Assembly: GCA_049999805.1 (NCBI GenBank) | Contig: JBNGIO010006147.1 | Span: forward strand, 16,864-54,712 | DNA: 37,849 bases | Reading direction: 5' to 3' | DNA from: Folioceros fuciformis | Taxonomy: Eukaryota | Part shown: positions 33,641-37,849 of the stretch, piece after piece | Numbering within the stretch: position 1 is the first letter of the stretch | Layout of the letters: every line of letters starts with the position of its first letter | The notes under the pieces: generated by a model | The model's input: only the letters and a program-made list of their open reading frames with translations | Told to the model about the DNA's origin: nothing | Databases searched by the model: none | Position numbers and translations under genes: made by a program

Positions 33641-35780
33641 CATATTATTTTGCACACTAACTTCTTGTCCTAAAGAACTTTTAAAAGAAGGAAGGCGTAC
33701 ATTAAAATTTTAATCAAATAGAATTGGATTTTAATTGGTGTTTTTGTGGACTATGTGTCCCTTAATAAGATTTCATGCTTAGTGCAACATTGAACTTCCA
33801 ATGTCATTTCCTTCCATACAATAATGGAGTGTGACCTTACTAACCATTCACAGCGATTGCCATTTCCTTTCATATAACAATGGAGTGTCGGTGTGATTGC
33901 CACTTCCTTTCATACAACAATGGAGTGTGACATTGAACCCTAAACTTTGACTGACCACTTTAACGATTATTGAGGTTCACAATATCACAAACCACTCCAC
34001 ACCACACTTGTTAAAATATGTATTTCTGGAAAATAGCTAATTCTATGTTTTATTTCAAATTTATATGAACTAATGAAACTCACATAATCTATTATTCATG
34101 AAAACATGAGTATATTTTAAAAATGCGTCCTATAATTCATGTGCAAATTTACACTTCAATTGAACAAATCATGTCATTACTCAATCATGAGAAATAAAAG
34201 ATTCTTTTCTTCCCTTCATGAAACCTTGGATACCAAGAGCCAAGAGGTTGTGACTATGCTAGACACTTTTGAAGCTCTCAAATTAGGCAATTTTGTTATG
34301 TTAGCACCCTTCTCACATCAACCACCATTACTCTTTTTAGGGAGTCTATCTTCTAGCTCACAGCATGGGAGCTTGACTCCTCTATTGTAGATGAGTATCG
34401 TTGCAACAGGGAATCATAAGGTCTCCAATTAGTCGAACATAATGTTGATGTGCATGGTGCACATCTATCTACTCTACAGTTACTATCTCTATGAATGGGC
34501 ATTGATGGCAACTTCAAGAGGAGCTTTTGTGCCTGATGGTATGCTAGGGTGAAGACGTGGCATGGTATGGTGGGGACAATGTCCTACTTCTAGACAATTG
34601 ATTTTGCTAAGCAATTGGTGGTGGCCTTGCAGGCTACCTACCTATCGTGGGGGCATCCTCCTTCTCATTCTCAGTGCTCAATGTATCCACATCCAAACTG
34701 TACTCTTTGTTGGTGGAATAGGCAATTCTTCCAAAGCACATGCCAATTGGTGCCCAGTATCACTTACAGTGAACAAAGAAGGACACTATGTGTAGTATTG
34801 AACAACAAGGGGATCTGGAAAAATACAAATTCACCTTATATGGAAGATGTTTCAGGCTGCCCTCCCCAATTCAAATTGTTGGCATGGGTTATTTGAGAAT
34901 TGTTGGAGCTCGCTTCTACACATTCTATCGGCAAGGTTAAGAAACGAAAGTGAGCGTAAATTTTTCCACTGCTCGTTTGCCAAATTGATTTGATGAAGGC
35001 TCGAAAGGTTGTTGAAGAGAGTCCTGAACAAACCCCGTATCAAGATGGCCAAAACATCTGCCCCTTTCGTTTGGATGGCCATCCTAGCATACCCTCGTGC
35101 AAGAGAGCATTGGTGGTCTATCCTTTGGGCCACTACCATACACCACCTAATGATAGTTTCATTGGACCTTAATGACATATGATGATGGAATAGACATCTA
35201 CAACCCCAATGCTCTTATATGCAATGTCTAGGAATCGACCATCCACTATGCTATGTCTCTAAAAAGTTTAGGCTCGAGGGTTCTCAAAGTGGCTCCCTAG
35301 CGTCATGCCGGCTTCCTTGCTTCTTGCCATCCTGGTTCATGGAGTCACAACTACACTTTTATTGAGATCAAGGCAAGATGCTGGATAGTGTTAGCCCCAG
35401 CATAGCTCCATTGAACTTCAGGCAATAAAATCTACCCCTTGTCCCAAGGAAGAGGTTGCTAGCATCGCTGAGTTTGTGTGGAATGTTACTATCATAGAAT
35501 AAGCGTTTTTCAGTCTTTAGGCCAAGGTTGGTGCCATCATTAGGCTGCTGCTCCTCCTCACGGGACTTTCTGCATTTCTTGTTATCTTTAATTGAAGAAG
35601 AGCCCTCTCTAGCTTAGAAGAGACCTTGTTACAATGAATTGATGGGAAAACTGGCACTTGGGCTGCAAGTGCTCTTGCACCATGTTGCACAAATAGTTGA
35701 ATGTTGTCCATCTAAACCTGAAAAAGTTTTGAATTATCTATCATCCTCCAAAGTTATAAATATTAGTATTGCCCACAAGT
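33641..35780. repeat. Dispersed repeat block A, copy 2, interrupted by a LINE fragment
   Basis: See the alignment with 7322-7912; also carries three ~35-bp CATTTCCTT..CATA.AA.AATGGAGTGT repeats at ~33801-33930. Confidence 0.8.
34242..35597 (+). mobile_element. Heavily degenerate 3' fragment of an L1 LINE
   Basis: Absent from block A copy 1; flanked by AAGAGCC direct repeats (34235-34241, 35598-35604); zf-RVT-like PPQFKLLAW and FFHCSFAKLI, and HWWSILW paralleling QWWGVVW of the 4.3-7.3 kb LINE. Confidence 0.7.
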
Positions 35781-36044
35781 CAGCCTAACGGCCGCTGAGG
35801 ATTAGCAGTAGGTAGTCACGATTTTATTTTCCGTTCTCACCAAAACATTCCCGGTTTCTTTCCTTAGAATTGTGGATTGGGAGATACTTCCTGTGGATGA
35901 TCCGTAAGAGAAGTTGGTTGGATCGAAATTTTTCCACAGCAGGTTCAAAGTCCTGATTAAGTCTAGGCATATGGCAATCAAGAGCGTACATTCACAACAA
36001 ATTCAACAGAGTGAGGAATGCATATGACAAATTGAACAATGCGG

Positions 36045-36330
36045 TGAGCAGACCTTGTCTTAGCACATCTCACCTTATTCAAGATGTGCCAAACTACTGA
36101 TGGACAATATTTATGACCAATGGCTTGTTCGTCTCCAAGATCCAGTTGTTAATGCCATTGACAGCTTATGCACAACTTCTCAACATTCTCCTCTGCAAGG
36201 TTCATCATATCATTGCAATCCGCATATGCCTGTTATATCTGTTTTTAAGGAAGGGCCATGCGACGAGGTGACTGTCAGTCAATGTCAGCCATCCATGAGC
36301 GCCAAAGCTGATTTTCTCCTCTGGAAGTCG
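36045..36330 (-). repeat. Dispersed block B, copy 2 (pseudo-exon 36074-36229)
   Basis: Aligns with 17695-17975. Confidence 0.75.
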
Positions 36331-36583
36331 TGTGGCTGAAAATTTTGAGAGCACGCACTACCTAAGCACTGATGTGACAACTCTCGTCACTGTGAACATG
36401 TAGAAATACGCGTAGATAAGCTGACCGTAGAATTCAGGACACCAGTGAACACGTCTATTCGTGAACGGTTGCGACCCTTCGGGACTCGTCTCCCTCATGC
36501 CCCTAGAGCATAAGCCTTGTACAGATATTACAACACACAATATATATAGAATCCTATCGTCTCACCATTCTTACCATAAGACA

Positions 36584-37849
36584 TGGTATCAGAGCTGCAC
36601 GGAACATGATCCAGAAAAATGGCTGGCCCTAAACAAATTTGGAAACCAAGGCAACATGCCAATAGGTTGAAACCCCAGAAAAATTGCTCACAGCAACAGG
36701 TCGCCATCACACCTCGCTCTCCCTGCCAGAAATGCAAGGAGATGAGGCCGGCCATACACAAGTTAGAGCGAGCTGCCATGAACAGCCATAAAGAAACAAT
36801 AGAACTGAAGAAACATATCAACTACCTAGATACTATCATCAGAGCAATCGTCTTCAAGTAGCTTGGGACCTTGACTCCCCTAAGAGGCAGGATGGCCCTC
36901 CCTGCTACACAAGTTAGGCAATATCAGATAGAAAAATTAACCCACCTAAATTATGCGACATGGTCCATAAGGGTGGAATCCCTTCTCAAAAGGTTGACAT
37001 TATGGCCTGTGGTGGACGGCTCGGAAGCCAGACCAGCCCAAGGTCATGCAGATGAACCTACTTGGATTGTGAAGGACGTCTCTGCCCACGCGGAGCTTAT
37101 CCTGCACATAGGAGACAGAATTTTATCCACCGTTAGGCGAGAGCCTAGCGCCAAATCCCTGTGGGACAAGCTAGCAACATCACTGCAGGAGGTGAGTTTA
37201 CCCTCACAACTTCTTGGCCTCCATCAAGCTCAAGGACGGAGCTTCAATCTCGGATTTCCTGGACACCTGGGAAAAGGCCCTAGACGAAGCTATCTCCACA
37301 GGACTTATCATAAAGGAGGAACAGCAGGTTACCCACCTATTGATGGCTCTCCCAAGATCGTGGAGATCATTTGTGTCTACAATCGCTAACCAGGCCACCA
37401 CCCAAAATCCACTAACCTTACCACATCTTCTGATCAAAATTCGCAATGAAGATGTCTTGATTGCAGAGGACAACTCCTCTCCTTCAGCTCTTTTCGCAGG
37501 CGGACGCAGAAACCCTAGATTCAAAACTGGATCCAGGTCGAATTTCAGTTCTGCTCCAGGACCTAACCGGCCACCACCACCAAACCCCAATCACAGGGAT
37601 AAAATTTGCCACTATAGCTCCAAGCGAGGGCATATAGCCCCGGACTGCAGGAAGAAACAGCGTGATAAAGCCGCTGGCATTTATAACCCACCAGGAAGTA
37701 CTTCTAGCACATCTGCTGTAGCTACCACTTCCAAGAATGCTTACCTATTTTCTGCTATCCCTGCCTTGGCTGCAAACTCCATTCTTCCAAATCAGTGGCT
37801 ACTTGATTCAGGAGCCACGGAACACATGACACCAAGAAAAGAATGGTTC
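36584..37849 (+). mobile_element. Copia element 5' part (PBS, leader, gag, start of protease), continues beyond the window; 5' LTR ends at 36583, start not determined
   Basis: ...GACA then TGGTATCAGAGC PBS (36584-36595); gag from ATG 36892 (IEKLTHLNYATWSIRVESLL...LWPVVDG), frameshift near 37215, LLMALPRSW, degenerate knuckle CHYSSKRGHIAPDC, protease WLLDSGATEHM. Confidence 0.93.
36619..36861 (+). CDS. 80-aa ORF between the PBS and gag of the Copia element (CxxC plus coiled-coil-like tail), function unknown
   Basis: AAAAATGG start context; PCQKCKEM then IHKLERAAMNSHKETIELKKHINYLDTII. Confidence 0.35.
   Translation: MAGPKQIWKPRQHANRLKPQKNCSQQQVAITPRSPCQKCKEMRPAIHKLERAAMNSHKETIELKKHINYLDTIIRAIVFK

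Overview
Eukaryotic (land-plant-type) nuclear DNA, mostly nested and decayed transposable elements: a pogo/Tigger-like DNA transposon, two L1 LINE remnants, a CRE-clade RLE retrotransposon, four Ty1/Copia elements and LTR-like repeats. One long intact intronless gene stands out (22627-26805, +): an F-box/kelch-type protein carrying about 600 aa of N-terminal tandem repeats (40 x 10-aa PADHxLxPYx, then 16- and 18-aa variants) and an unidentified ~110-aa linker domain. At the left edge, a scrambled PRP17/CDC40 fragment abuts an open reading frame that the ORF track does not list, which resembles a group II intron maturase (matR-like, YGDE at the YADD position) and runs off the window. Two non-coding or pseudo-exon blocks (about 7.3-7.9 kb and 17.7-18.0 kb) recur in the same order at 33.6-36.3 kb, suggesting an old segmental duplication or two copies of a large element. 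All family assignments come from motif recognition by eye; no searches were run. Two 10-N gaps (6297-6306, 24799-24808) limit certainty.
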